Positions 48,804-59,105 of a DNA stretch of 64,000 nt are shown here, one piece after another (position 1 is the stretch's first letter; each line of letters starts with the position of its first letter). Origin of the DNA: an uncultured Ignavibacteriales bacterium (GTDB lineage Bacteria; Bacteroidota; Ignavibacteria; Ignavibacteriales; Ignavibacteriaceae); assembly GCA_963834015.1 (NCBI GenBank), contig CAWIAG010000004.1, forward strand, positions 1,749,926 to 1,813,925, read 5' to 3'. Both the position numbers and the translations under genes were made by a program. The notes beneath the pieces were generated by a model, which saw nothing but the letters and a program-made list of their open reading frames with translations, ran no database searches and had not been told where the DNA came from.

Positions 48804-50741
48804 TTAAACCTCATTGAATACCGGTAGTGAAATAATAAATTCCGCACCATTACCTTTTTCACTCTTAAGCATTATCTCTCCATGCATTAACTCAACAAGT
48901 TTTTTTACAATTGATAATCCCAACCCTGTTGAAAAATCCCCGCCTACAGGCTGTGCTGAGAGCCGGGCAAACTTTTGGAATACTTTTGTTTTATCTTCTT
49001 CTGTAAAGCCGGGCCCCTCGTCTTTTATTCGTGTTTCAACCATCCTGCAATCTTCTGATAAGCCGATAGATATAAAAATATTTTTATTAACCGACGAAAA
49101 TTTTATTGCATTGGATAAAACGTTTTGAATTACCTGAAAAGTTAAATTGTTATCAGCAAAAACATCTTTCACATCATTATTATAGTTATCAATTATTGCC
49201 AGATTTTTTTGTGAAATATTTTCCAGGTTTTGTTTTTTAAGTTCCGTAATAAGAGGGATTAAAGAAACTTTTTCCGGTTTAATATTTATTTTACCCTGTT
49301 CAATCGTGTTAATATCCAGCAAATCTTTAATAATCAAAGACATCCGGTTCGAGGTTTTAATTATAGCGCTTAAAAATTCATTCTGCTGTTCCCCTGAAAT
49401 ATCTTCATCATGTTTTAACGTATCGGCAAAGGAACTTATGGCAAACAAAGGATTTTTTAAATCATGTGCGGCGATAGCTAAGAATTCATCCTTTTCTTCG
49501 TTTAACTCCAAAACCCTTTTATATGCTTTTTTTAATTCTAAATTTGATTCTTTCAACTCATTCGTCCTGTCTTCAACTTTTTTCTCTAAGTTTTTATTAT
49601 ACTCTTCCAATTGTTCTTTTTGATCTGCAATCTCCGCGAAATTCCTTTTCAACTGTTTACTCATCTTTGAAAGCGATTCATTTAATAATCCTATTGAATC
49701 CTTAGCTTTATAATCCACGCTTACATCAAAATTTCCGCTGCTAATGAGTGTGGACGCTTTCGCCATATTTATAATAGGGCGGCTGAGATGCTTTGAGAAA
49801 AGTATGGCAACAATAACAGACAGTATTACACTGATCCCTGCAAAAAATAAGAAAAAGAGAAGAGCCTGGTTAACAACCGCATAGGCAGAACTTTTGCTGA
49901 TAATTGAAACAACAACCCAGTTAACAGCTTCCGCCGGTGAGAAAGAGGAAACAAAATTACCAAGCTGCGGATCCGAATAATTATTTACCAAAGCAACTTT
50001 GTTTTTATTATTTACTAATGATTGTGCATCTGCTATTATTTGATCAGGCAGTTGCAATAAAAAATTATTAGTTAAAAATTTCTTGCCTGTAGCATCAGTT
50101 ACAAACAAGGTTCCGATCCTGTTTAATAAATGGTTTTCAAGATCGGAAACTATATCACGGAGGTCTAGCTGGCAGACCAAATATGACGATGAGGATTTAT
50201 TCAATTTAACGCCGGTAACTTCCCAGCAAATCCATGTTTCCAGAGCTTTATTATATACGGGAGTTGAGATAAAAGGAAGCTTGCGGTTTTTAATATCAAA
50301 AATACCGGGGTCAATTTTTTCCTGTGAACTGTCTACGGGAATAATTTCCCTGCCGCCTTTTTTAAGAAAATCCTTTCCTGTAAAAAATGCCTGGTTATAA
50401 CTACCGTTGTTATCCATAAAAAGCGAAATTGAAATAATATTATCTATTTTTCTTATATTTGAGATCATAAATTCTATTTTTTCGTTGGCAGAGATATCAG
50501 GATTCTCAATGGTACTTTTAATTAAGTCCTGAATTTCAAGAGATTTATTTATTTTAGAATTTATGCTTGAAGAAATTGCGTTGGATGAGAAAATTAATTT
50601 TTCATTTATATTACCTCTCAATTCATTTAAAATGAGGGAAGTAATACTGTAACTAATTAATAAGCCCGGCAGTATAGCCATCAATAGCATTAATATTCCC
50701 AGCTTTATCTGCCAGGGTATCCCATTTAATCGAATTGTCAC
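48804..50741 (-). CDS. Membrane sensor histidine kinase (extracytoplasmic sensing domain, HAMP/coiled coil, HisKA, HATPase_c)
   Basis: Two TM segments flank a ~270-aa periplasmic domain. IAAHDLKNPLFAI is the H-box. C-terminal G-boxes GLGLSIVK. 2-bp gap to the downstream gene. Confidence 0.85.
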   Translation of the reverse strand: MTIRLNGIPWQIKLGILMLLMAILPGLLISYSITSLILNELRGNINEKLIFSSNAISSSINSKINKSLEIQDLIKSTIENPDISANEKIEFMISNIRKIDNIISISLFMDNNGSYNQAFFTGKDFLKKGGREIIPVDSSQEKIDPGIFDIKNRKLPFISTPVYNKALETWICWEVTGVKLNKSSSSYLVCQLDLRDIVSDLENHLLNRIGTLFVTDATGKKFLTNNFLLQLPDQIIADAQSLVNNKNKVALVNNYSDPQLGNFVSSFSPAEAVNWVVVSIISKSSAYAVVNQALLFFLFFAGISVILSVIVAILFSKHLSRPIINMAKASTLISSGNFDVSVDYKAKDSIGLLNESLSKMSKQLKRNFAEIADQKEQLEEYNKNLEKKVEDRTNELKESNLELKKAYKRVLELNEEKDEFLAIAAHDLKNPLFAISSFADTLKHDEDISGEQQNEFLSAIIKTSNRMSLIIKDLLDINTIEQGKINIKPEKVSLIPLITELKKQNLENISQKNLAIIDNYNNDVKDVFADNNLTFQVIQNVLSNAIKFSSVNKNIFISIGLSEDCRMVETRIKDEGPGFTEEDKTKVFQKFARLSAQPVGGDFSTGLGLSIVKKLVELMHGEIMLKSEKGNGAEFIISLPVFNEV

Positions 50742-50790
50742 TTTAAGTTTCTATAAAGTTGTAGATTCGATTTAAATATAACTTTTTTTT

Positions 50791-51438
50791 ATGATAAAAA
50801 TAATTGTTGTAGACGACCATCCGATGCTTCGCGCCGGGCTGGTTCAAACTATCAGCCGGGAGCCCGATCTTAAGGTCCTTGATGAATGCGGTAACGGGGA
50901 GGAACTGATCTCAAAAATAACCGGAAACGAGTATGACGTTGTAGTGCTGGACATTGACTTACCAGGGCGAAACGGGATTGAAATATTAAAAGAAGTAAAA
51001 AAGATAAATCCAAAGCTTTCCGTCCTAATTTTGAGCTCATTTCCTGAAGAAAGATATGGTGTGCGCGCCATCAAGGCAGGTGCAAATGCTTATCTTACAA
51101 AGGGGGACGATACAAAAATAATAGTTGAAACAATAAGAGGAATTAAAGGCAATAAAAGAAAAATATCACCTAAACTGGCTGAAATTCTTGCAAATGAATT
51201 AAATGACATATCGGATAAACTACCTCACGAACGATTATCGGACAGGGAACTTGAAGTGATGAGGCATATTGCGCTGGGGAAGTCTACAAGTGAAATCGCC
51301 GTTTTGCTCTCACTCAGTGTGAATACGGTAAACACATACCGTGCAAGGATATTAGAAAAGATGTGCTTTAGTTCAAATACGCAGATAGCTATTTATGCTT
51401 TGGAGAATGGGCTTCTTGACAAAGCTTCACGAAGCTGA
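50791..51438 (+). CDS. NarL/FixJ-family response regulator (REC + LuxR-type HTH)
   Basis: IIVVDDHPMLRAGL...VVVLDIDLPGRNG receiver, then RELEVMRHIALGKSTSEIAVLLSLSVNTVNTYRARILEKM LuxR HTH. Divergent from the HK operon. Confidence 0.85.
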   Translation: MIKIIVVDDHPMLRAGLVQTISREPDLKVLDECGNGEELISKITGNEYDVVVLDIDLPGRNGIEILKEVKKINPKLSVLILSSFPEERYGVRAIKAGANAYLTKGDDTKIIVETIRGIKGNKRKISPKLAEILANELNDISDKLPHERLSDRELEVMRHIALGKSTSEIAVLLSLSVNTVNTYRARILEKMCFSSNTQIAIYALENGLLDKASRS

Positions 51439-51487
51439 GATTATAAATAAAACATTAGTTAAGCTACCTCTAAACAATAGAATATAT

Positions 51488-52420
51488 ATGAATAATAAAA
51501 AAATTACTTTCGCATTAGTTCTTGCATTGTTATTTGCCGGAACGGCTTTTTCTCAACAAAAGATATATGATGAACATGTTTTTGTTTATAAAGTTGTGCA
51601 GGGGGATGAAATAAAGGCAAATATATTTGTCCCCAAAACGGGGCGCAGGCATCCCGTATATATATACTTCCACGGAGGCGGATTTATATTCGGCAACCGG
51701 GATAACGGGCTGCCGGATGCATTGCGGGATAAACTGATTGAGCATGATTATGCTGTCGTATCCGCAGATTACAGGCTGGCGCCTGAAACAAAACTTGCCG
51801 GGATTACGGAAGACGTAAGGGATGTTGTAAACTGGATTAGAGAGAACGGCGCAAAGCAATTTCAAATTGATGAAAATAAAATTGCAGTATCGGGAGGTTC
51901 GGCAGGGGGGTACCTTGCAATTACTGCGGGGTATAATGTAAATCCACCGGTGCAGGCAATAGTTGAAATATCGGCACCAACCGGGTTTACAAGTATGAGT
52001 ACACAAATGGGCGATACATCAATCCTGAAGCAGCCTGGCCCTTATGATATTGTTAAGGACCCGATAGTTTCATACGGTGATTATTCCACCAGGGTGGATT
52101 TGTGGCGGTTCCTTTCGAAAAACAGATTAGGGCTTTATGAAATTTTTGGTTTTGATGTAACGCAAGACAGCGTCCGCCTTCAAAATTACACTCTCTCCAA
52201 TCATATTAAAAAAGGATATCCACCAACGCTCATTGTGCATGCTAAAAATGATCATCTTGTAGATTTTTTGCAGGCGGAAAAATTTTATAATTTACTTCAG
52301 GAGAAGGGAGTTGAATCGGAATTGTTCACAGTAGAGAACGGGCATTCCGAGGAAGTAATAAATAATTATCCTGAAGTTGTGGATAAAATTATTAAATTTT
52401 TGGATGCACGTTTGAGATAG
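51488..52420 (+). CDS. Secreted alpha/beta-hydrolase esterase/lipase (HGGGF oxyanion motif, GGSAGG nucleophile elbow); tool ORF starts at 51395 overlapping the regulator
   Basis: Signal peptide MNNKKITFALVLALLFAGTAFSQQ, then HGGGF and SGGSAGGY. Confidence 0.8.
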   Translation: MNNKKITFALVLALLFAGTAFSQQKIYDEHVFVYKVVQGDEIKANIFVPKTGRRHPVYIYFHGGGFIFGNRDNGLPDALRDKLIEHDYAVVSADYRLAPETKLAGITEDVRDVVNWIRENGAKQFQIDENKIAVSGGSAGGYLAITAGYNVNPPVQAIVEISAPTGFTSMSTQMGDTSILKQPGPYDIVKDPIVSYGDYSTRVDLWRFLSKNRLGLYEIFGFDVTQDSVRLQNYTLSNHIKKGYPPTLIVHAKNDHLVDFLQAEKFYNLLQEKGVESELFTVENGHSEEVINNYPEVVDKIIKFLDARLR

Positions 52421-52769
52421 AATTATTATTAATTTAACAATTATTAGCTTGCTTTTTGCAGTCAATATTGTTTAATTTTGTCCTGATATTGGGAAATGGA
52501 GTTTAAGTTTCAGGATTAAGTGTTCTTCAGGGTTAATTTATTAAGGGTGCAGGGAACATGAATGAAAATTCCAACATAAAGGGAAAATTATTTTTACCGA
52601 TAATTACTTATCTCAAAGATTTTGTTTCCGTTAGTGAAGTCATAACCTATATGAATTTTAATACAATATGCTATAATTAAATAGTAGTATGTCTGAACCT
52701 ATGTTAAAAAATAAAATTGCTATGGTGGATTGTAAATAAAGAGTAAATTAATTCAAAAAGGAGAGTACA

Positions 52770-55700
52770 ATGATTCGATCTATAGTACTGAGTTTTTTGT
52801 TTTGCAGTTTACTTCTTGCTTCATCCGGGGTTAAAGAGAGGCGTTATGCACCCGGCGAAATTATTATTAAATATGAAAAGGTAGGGCAAAGAGCAAGGGG
52901 GTCAGAGATAATAACCCAGCATAAAAGCTTTGTTGATAATTTAGAACTAAACATGAAGGGTTTAAAAATAAAAAGTTACTCTCCTGTTTTCAAAAGTTTA
53001 ATTAGGGAAATGACTGACAAAAATCTTACCGAGCAGGAGGTAGTTGAGAATAAAGCTGTTACCAAAAAAAATAAAACATCATCATCTTTTATTAAAAAAA
53101 TAACTTTCTCAAATATCCTTTTACTCAAAATTGATTCAGTAGCAGATATCTTAGAGTTAGCTTCAACTCTAAATAATAACCGAGATTTATTGGCCTCAGA
53201 GGGAATGAGAATTGTTTACGCCGAACCGAATTATTTAAAAAAGACAAGTGTAAACCCGAATGATCCTTTGTATCCTCTGCAATGGTCCTATCGAATAACT
53301 GATGTAGCTAATGCCTGGGATACTACGGAGGGAAGTCCTAATATTAAGATTGCAATTGTTGATACAGGAGTTGATCCAACACATCCGGATTTAATTGCAA
53401 ATCTTATTCAGGGCTATAATTTTGTTAATATCGATACAGACTACTACAAACAAGATTCTAATATAACCTTACTTCCGGGAGAAATTTATACGCAACCCGG
53501 ACCTAATTGTACCGACTATAATGGTCATGGGACTCACTGTGCAGGTATTGCTGCGGCAGCCGGAAATAATGGAATCGGAATTATCGGTGTAGCTCCAAAT
53601 TGTAAGATTATGCCTGTTAGAGCTGGTTTTAGTCTTATGGTTGATGGACAGGAGGAAGGTGTTCTTGAAACTACTTCTATCGTGGAAGGAATTAATTATG
53701 CAGTGGATAATGGTGCAAATGTAATTAGTATGAGTTTTGGTGGCGATAGTTCGAACCTTGAAGAAGAAGCTATTCAGAATGCTTATTACAACAATGTAGT
53801 CTTAGTTGCTGCTGCAGGGAACAACAGTTCATCTGAAAAGTTTTATCCGGCTGGATACAGTGAAGTATTAGCAATAACATCAGTAGATTCAACCAGGTCC
53901 GCTTCTTCATTTACTGAATATGGATATTGGACGTCTGTTGCAGCACCTGGAGAAAATATAATTTCAACTGTACCGTTAACTGGAGGTATCCTTACCGATC
54001 CATCCGGTTATAAGGTATTATCCGGAACTTCAATGGCGTCTCCTTTCGTTGCCGGTGAAGTTGCATTAATTTTATCGCACAATCCTTCTTTATCCAATAA
54101 TCTAATATATCAAATAGTCAGAACTGCAGTTAGTTCGTACTATGCGAGTAATAATTATATAGGTACCGGAATCGTTGATGTAGATAAAGCTTTTATAGGA
54201 ACCGGAGCTTGTATAGCAAAAATTACTGTTCCGTATAATATAAACAATCTGTATATATCCAAGGGAAATATAAGTATTTCCGGAAGAGCATCAGGGTTAT
54301 TATTCCGTAATTATTATTTGCAATACTCAGATTATCAAAATTCAACTGCGATCTGGCAGTCCGCAGGACAAATTTATACTACTCAGGTTGATAGCGGTTA
54401 CCTTGGAACTGTTAGTATAGCACAACCGGGGGTTTATTATATAAGGCTGGTAGTTACAAGCACTAACAATATACAGTATACAGATATAATCGGACCTGTT
54501 ACAGTTGATAACAGATTGAAATCCAATTGGCCGGTTTCAACAGGATCTCCCATCGGTTCTACGCCGGTACTTTCGGATATCTATGGGGACGGGAATGTTG
54601 AGGTAATATTTACAAGTTCAAACGGTGAAATCTATGTTGTAGATCAGAATGGCAATAATAAACCTGGCTGGCCTGTAACATTACCTAATTCCAGTTCTAA
54701 ATCCCAAGTTGGTTATACAAGCCCGGCAGTTGGGGATCTGGACAATGACGGTAAAAAAGAAATAGCAGTGAGAGACGGTCAGTTTATTTATGTATATAAA
54801 AATGATGGTACCATGAGGAATGGATGGCCGGTATCTTTAGGTACAAATATATTTTCGGGAAATGCAATAGTAGGCTCACCCACTATTGCTGATATTAATA
54901 ATGATGGTTATAAAGAAATACTTGTAACATCTCTTAATGGTAAAATATTTGCATTCGATCGTAATGGTTACATTATTTCCGGCTGGCCGGTATCAGTACC
55001 GATTAATTCTGTATGGGCTACTTTGTATTCAACTCCAGTAGTATCAGATATAAAAGGTGATGGTAACGTTGAAATAATAATCCAATGCATTGATGAGTCT
55101 TCCGCTAATTCTATTGGCTACCTATATGTATTTGATAATTTTGGAAATGTTCTTCCCGGCTGGCCGCAAACAATAGGAGGGGGATCATGGACTTCCCCTA
55201 TAACTGCAGATATAAACAATGATGGGCAAAATGAAATAATTGCATCTTCATTTTTGCCGTCCGGTTCTTCATCAGGTTCAATAGGTCTTTACGTTTTTAA
55301 TCCGGCCGGCAGCTTACTAAAAGGATTCCCTGTGCAGTTGAATGATGTGTCCTTTGGATATTATAATATTAAAGCAGGGCTGTCAGCCGGAGATATAAAT
55401 AATGACGGTTATAAAGAAATTATCGTTGCAAGCAGCCAATTGAATTCACTATGGGCGGTTGACAGAAATGGTAAAGTACTCTGGAATTCACAACCAAGCG
55501 AGCCATGGGAGTATAATTTTGCGTCGGTTCCAATTATTGCGGATATCAATAATGACGGCAAACCTGAAATATTAGTTTCTAAATACAATAATACAAATCA
55601 AACCGGCAAAATTATTGTTGTTAATAACACCGGGCAAATAATGGAAAGTCTTTCTTGTGTTCTTCCGGAACAGATATGGGCTACTCCTTCTATTGGTGAT

Positions 55701-57404
55701 ATTGAAGGGAATGGCAATCTCGAATTAATTTGCGGGTCTATTCAGGGCAACGTTTTTTGTTGGGACCTGGGTGTACCATTTGATACTACCTTGATGATCT
55801 GGCCTACATATCAGCAAAACTATCAGAGAACCGGGAGTATTGATCTGCTCAAAACCATACCTGCAGTTACTCATTTAACAGAGCCGCCAAATAATGCAGT
55901 TATTCAACCCGGGGAAATTACTTTTTCCTGGAATCCTGTCCCGGGAGCTCTTAAATATAATTTCGAACTATCTGATTCAATTTCTTTTAATGATATTATT
56001 TTTCAGGATACCTCAATGTCAGCAGTATCCCTTATAGTTGATTCAGTCCAGAGCAGCAGTAAGGGATTAAAGGCAGGTCTGAAAAACACCAGGACTGTAA
56101 GTGCAATTAAAAAGTTAATCACGAATGATAAAAAAATTATAGATCCCAAAAAACATCTAACAGGATTGAATGATGGTGTAAGGTATTATTGGAGAGTAGC
56201 TTCATTAGATTTGATAGGATCAAGTCCTTTTTCGGCAATAAATTCATTTTCTACAATTTTAAATGCACCCGGAACACTTTATGCCCTGGCGCTTCCTTCA
56301 GAAAGAGTAGTATTAAACTGGTCCGGTACATCAAACAATAACACGGGATTTATAATACAAAGGAAACTTTCTACAGATACTATCTACACTGTAATTGATA
56401 CTGTTAAAACAGATACAATCAGTTTTACAGATACAACATTGACATCAATAAATACGTATAATTACAGAATAGAGGCATATAATCAAATAGAAACTTCTGC
56501 ATTCAGCAATGTAGTAACAATAGCAACCCTTCCGCCTTACCCAGCCGCACCTACATTAATAGCTCCAATAAACAATGCATCTATCCTTACAGGTAGTTTA
56601 TATTTAAGCTGGATTAGTTCTGCGAATGCAAGCAGCTACCGGTTACAGGTCTCAACAGATTCGACATTTAAAACATTCTTTTTAAATGATTCGGTTCTTA
56701 CTACCACAACATTTCAGGTAACTAATCTGAGTGACGGCTTAAGATATTACTGGAGAGTAAATTCAAAAAATGTTACCGGAATAAGCATATATTCCGGGGT
56801 GAATTCATTTTCAACAATTTTAAATGCACCTCAAAATTTAAGTGCAATTGCAATGTGGGGTTACAAAGTATCACTTACCTGGATAGGCAAAAGCAATGAT
56901 GAATCTGGTTATATAATTGAACGCAAGCTTAGCAAGGATACTTCGTACACAATTATAGACTCATTAAAACTAAAGGTTACAAGTTTTACTGATTCATCGT
57001 TAACAGCAGTAAACACATATAATTATAGGATAACTGCATATAATGCTTTGGGTACTTCAGGATTCAGTAATGTTATAACTGTAAATACAATAACCTCGGT
57101 AGAAAATAAATCCCGTCAGATACCTGTGAACTATGAATTATCCCAAAACTTCCCCAACCCGTTTAATCCAATAACAGTAATAGAATATGGACTACCGGTA
57201 CAAAGCCGGGTAAAGATTGTAGTCTATAATATATTGGGAGAAGTTGTAAAAGAACTTGTAAATTCTGTTCAGAGTGCGGGATACCATTATATGGACTTTG
57301 GAGGGAACATGAGTTCAGGCGTATACTTCTATAAGATAGATGCAAAAGCCGTTAACAACTCAAGGCAGTTCATGCAAATTAAGAAAATGATGCTTTTAAA
57401 ATAA
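52770..57404 (+). CDS. T9SS-secreted S8 subtilisin-family peptidase with FG-GAP/VCBS-like beta-propeller repeats, FN3 repeats and a type-A Por C-terminal sorting domain
   Basis: Asp/His/Ser triad blocks IAIVDTGVD, HGTHCAGI and GTSMASP. About 10 repeats of the D(I/L)(N/D)(N/G)DG(Y/K)KEI type. FN3 modules with YYWRV. The C-terminus NFPNPFNPITVIEYGLP...YFYKIDAKA...KKMMLLK is a canonical T9SS CTD. Good RBS AAAGGAGAG. Confidence 0.9.
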   Translation: MIRSIVLSFLFCSLLLASSGVKERRYAPGEIIIKYEKVGQRARGSEIITQHKSFVDNLELNMKGLKIKSYSPVFKSLIREMTDKNLTEQEVVENKAVTKKNKTSSSFIKKITFSNILLLKIDSVADILELASTLNNNRDLLASEGMRIVYAEPNYLKKTSVNPNDPLYPLQWSYRITDVANAWDTTEGSPNIKIAIVDTGVDPTHPDLIANLIQGYNFVNIDTDYYKQDSNITLLPGEIYTQPGPNCTDYNGHGTHCAGIAAAAGNNGIGIIGVAPNCKIMPVRAGFSLMVDGQEEGVLETTSIVEGINYAVDNGANVISMSFGGDSSNLEEEAIQNAYYNNVVLVAAAGNNSSSEKFYPAGYSEVLAITSVDSTRSASSFTEYGYWTSVAAPGENIISTVPLTGGILTDPSGYKVLSGTSMASPFVAGEVALILSHNPSLSNNLIYQIVRTAVSSYYASNNYIGTGIVDVDKAFIGTGACIAKITVPYNINNLYISKGNISISGRASGLLFRNYYLQYSDYQNSTAIWQSAGQIYTTQVDSGYLGTVSIAQPGVYYIRLVVTSTNNIQYTDIIGPVTVDNRLKSNWPVSTGSPIGSTPVLSDIYGDGNVEVIFTSSNGEIYVVDQNGNNKPGWPVTLPNSSSKSQVGYTSPAVGDLDNDGKKEIAVRDGQFIYVYKNDGTMRNGWPVSLGTNIFSGNAIVGSPTIADINNDGYKEILVTSLNGKIFAFDRNGYIISGWPVSVPINSVWATLYSTPVVSDIKGDGNVEIIIQCIDESSANSIGYLYVFDNFGNVLPGWPQTIGGGSWTSPITADINNDGQNEIIASSFLPSGSSSGSIGLYVFNPAGSLLKGFPVQLNDVSFGYYNIKAGLSAGDINNDGYKEIIVASSQLNSLWAVDRNGKVLWNSQPSEPWEYNFASVPIIADINNDGKPEILVSKYNNTNQTGKIIVVNNTGQIMESLSCVLPEQIWATPSIGDIEGNGNLELICGSIQGNVFCWDLGVPFDTTLMIWPTYQQNYQRTGSIDLLKTIPAVTHLTEPPNNAVIQPGEITFSWNPVPGALKYNFELSDSISFNDIIFQDTSMSAVSLIVDSVQSSSKGLKAGLKNTRTVSAIKKLITNDKKIIDPKKHLTGLNDGVRYYWRVASLDLIGSSPFSAINSFSTILNAPGTLYALALPSERVVLNWSGTSNNNTGFIIQRKLSTDTIYTVIDTVKTDTISFTDTTLTSINTYNYRIEAYNQIETSAFSNVVTIATLPPYPAAPTLIAPINNASILTGSLYLSWISSANASSYRLQVSTDSTFKTFFLNDSVLTTTTFQVTNLSDGLRYYWRVNSKNVTGISIYSGVNSFSTILNAPQNLSAIAMWGYKVSLTWIGKSNDESGYIIERKLSKDTSYTIIDSLKLKVTSFTDSSLTAVNTYNYRITAYNALGTSGFSNVITVNTITSVENKSRQIPVNYELSQNFPNPFNPITVIEYGLPVQSRVKIVVYNILGEVVKELVNSVQSAGYHYMDFGGNMSSGVYFYKIDAKAVNNSRQFMQIKKMMLLK

Positions 57405-57459
57405 CGACAAATGTCGCCTCAGAAACAGTTAAATTTAGAAAGAACAACTGAGGTGACAA

Positions 57460-58302
57460 ATGGAAATAAGGAGGACGATATTAAATAGAAGGCAAACAAA
57501 AAGTTCGGAAGGAGAGTTCATCTATGAGTTAGAGAACTCGTATGAGCTCTCTCCGAAATTAAGTGAATCGATATTAGTAACAGCAAAAGAATGTTTGCTA
57601 AGAGACCACCAATTGAAAGAAGGCCAGATAGAAGTAACGGTAATAGAAATAGAACAGAAAGCAGGACAAGTAATAGAGAAGCTGGAAAAGAAGAAAGTAA
57701 GATTGACCATAGACAATGGAATTGAAGATATAGAAGTAATAAAAGGATATGGTCTGATATCACTACGGCAAATAAAAATAGAAAGGATAACCGAAGAAGC
57801 GATAGAACAAGGAGGAGTATTAAGCCAGGAAGATTTGGGAAAATATTTAGGATGTACGGTAAGGACAATCCAACGGGATATAAAGCAGATAAAGAAGAAA
57901 GGGATAGAAGTAGTAACAAGAGGATATCTACATAATATAGGCAGAGGTCAAACACATAAGGTAAAGATAATAGGGCTGTATTTAGACGGACAAACGTACA
58001 GCGAAATAAAGTTAAGTACAAAACACAGTGTGGGAGCTATAAAAAGATATTTAGGAAGCTTCGTAAAAGTATTGATGTCACAAAGCAGAGGGATATACGG
58101 GACAAAAGATATAAGCATAGTAACAGGGATAAGCGAGGTATTAGTAAAGCAATATGCAGAGTTGATAAGGGAAAGTAAGAAGGATAAGACAAGGAGAGAG
58201 AATTTAAAGCAATTGGTAGAGAGAAGCAGCTATAGGGAAGGGATAAAAAAAACAGTAAAGAGCTATTCAGAGCCTCTGGCAGCTATGATGGGAGGCTTAT
58301 AA
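57460..58302 (+). CDS. Lys/Glu/Arg-rich protein with several HTH-like modules (possibly DUF1670-like); hypothetical DNA-binding protein
   Basis: 280 aa with repeated modules of the form LSQEDLGKYLGCTVRTIQRDIKQIKKKGIEV, TYSEIKLSTKHSVGAIKRYLGSFVK and DISIVTGISEVLVKQYAELIRE (resolvase/Tc1-type HTH pattern). GGAGG RBS. Confidence 0.7.
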   Translation: MEIRRTILNRRQTKSSEGEFIYELENSYELSPKLSESILVTAKECLLRDHQLKEGQIEVTVIEIEQKAGQVIEKLEKKKVRLTIDNGIEDIEVIKGYGLISLRQIKIERITEEAIEQGGVLSQEDLGKYLGCTVRTIQRDIKQIKKKGIEVVTRGYLHNIGRGQTHKVKIIGLYLDGQTYSEIKLSTKHSVGAIKRYLGSFVKVLMSQSRGIYGTKDISIVTGISEVLVKQYAELIRESKKDKTRRENLKQLVERSSYREGIKKTVKSYSEPLAAMMGGL

Positions 58303-59105
58303 TGAGTTTGAACCAGACAAGGGACAGATATGAAAGCATAAACAAAAGGAACTTTCATAATGCGATAATAAATTTATTAGAGAATGAATACAAACTGCTG
58401 GGTTCAAGAAAAGTGTTGGAGATGTTGGCCGATGATATAGGGGATCTTCATAGAGAATATTACCCTGGAAAAAATCAAGTAGGATTTGGAGAGATAGTAT
58501 TCACAACAACAAAAGACGATGGACAAAGGCAGAGCTATGGCAAGAAGACGGAAGATTATGCAACAATAACATTAGCTTTGCCATTGATAACGAAGGAAGA
58601 TGTAGAAAGAAGGATATATTTTAAGAAAGGCGACAGAAATAGTAATTATCGACATAGAGAAGCCAGAGACATAGAAACCATGGTAAGATTATTAAAGAGT
58701 GCAAAAACTCAAGGAGGACTATTAAGTGGGGCCGAGTTGAGTATGCTGATGAATCGGAGCTTAAGTACTATACGGAAATACCTGGATGCATATAGAGAGA
58801 AGACGGGAGAGATATTACCATTAAAAGGATATGTATTAGATCAAGGGAGTTTGCCTACGCACAAAGGAATAATAGTCAGTTTGTACGAGCAAGGAATTTC
58901 ACCGGCAGACATAGTACTAAAGACCGGTCACAGTCAGGATGCAGTAGACAGATATATTAAGCATTATGAACAAGTAAAGAAACTGATAAGAAAAGGATTG
59001 ACGGAAGAATCAATACAAGAAATAACAGGCAGGTCGATGAAAGTTATTAAAGAATATATTAAGTTGTACAAAGATCTTAATCCTGTAAGTGAACTGAATA
59101 AGTAA
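58302..59105 (+). CDS. Paralog of the upstream gene: multi-HTH protein (possibly DUF1670-like)
   Basis: 267 aa. N-terminus alignable with the upstream protein (ENEYKLLGSRKVLEML...GEIVFTTTKDDG versus ENSYELSPKLSESILV...GQIEVTVIEIEQKAG). HTH-like modules LSGAELSMLMNRSLSTIRKYLDAYREKTG, ISPADIVLKTGHSQDAVDRYIKHY and SIQEITGRSMKVIKEYIKLY. Start overlaps the upstream stop (TAATG). Confidence 0.7.
   Translation: MSLNQTRDRYESINKRNFHNAIINLLENEYKLLGSRKVLEMLADDIGDLHREYYPGKNQVGFGEIVFTTTKDDGQRQSYGKKTEDYATITLALPLITKEDVERRIYFKKGDRNSNYRHREARDIETMVRLLKSAKTQGGLLSGAELSMLMNRSLSTIRKYLDAYREKTGEILPLKGYVLDQGSLPTHKGIIVSLYEQGISPADIVLKTGHSQDAVDRYIKHYEQVKKLIRKGLTEESIQEITGRSMKVIKEYIKLYKDLNPVSELNK

Noticed and set aside
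51395-51487. Tool-called start of the esterase ORF overlapping the response regulator by 44 nt
   Set aside because: An in-frame ATG at 51488 immediately precedes a canonical signal peptide (MNNKKITFALVLALLFAGTAFSQQ). The longer N-terminus (MLWRMGFLTKLHEAE…) is not signal-like.
57518-58021. 167-aa Leu/Ser-rich ORF on the minus strand inside the cassette (also 57522..57716)
   Set aside because: Antisense artefact of the purine-rich sense strand. Low-complexity poly-Leu translation, fully overlapped by a well-supported + strand gene.
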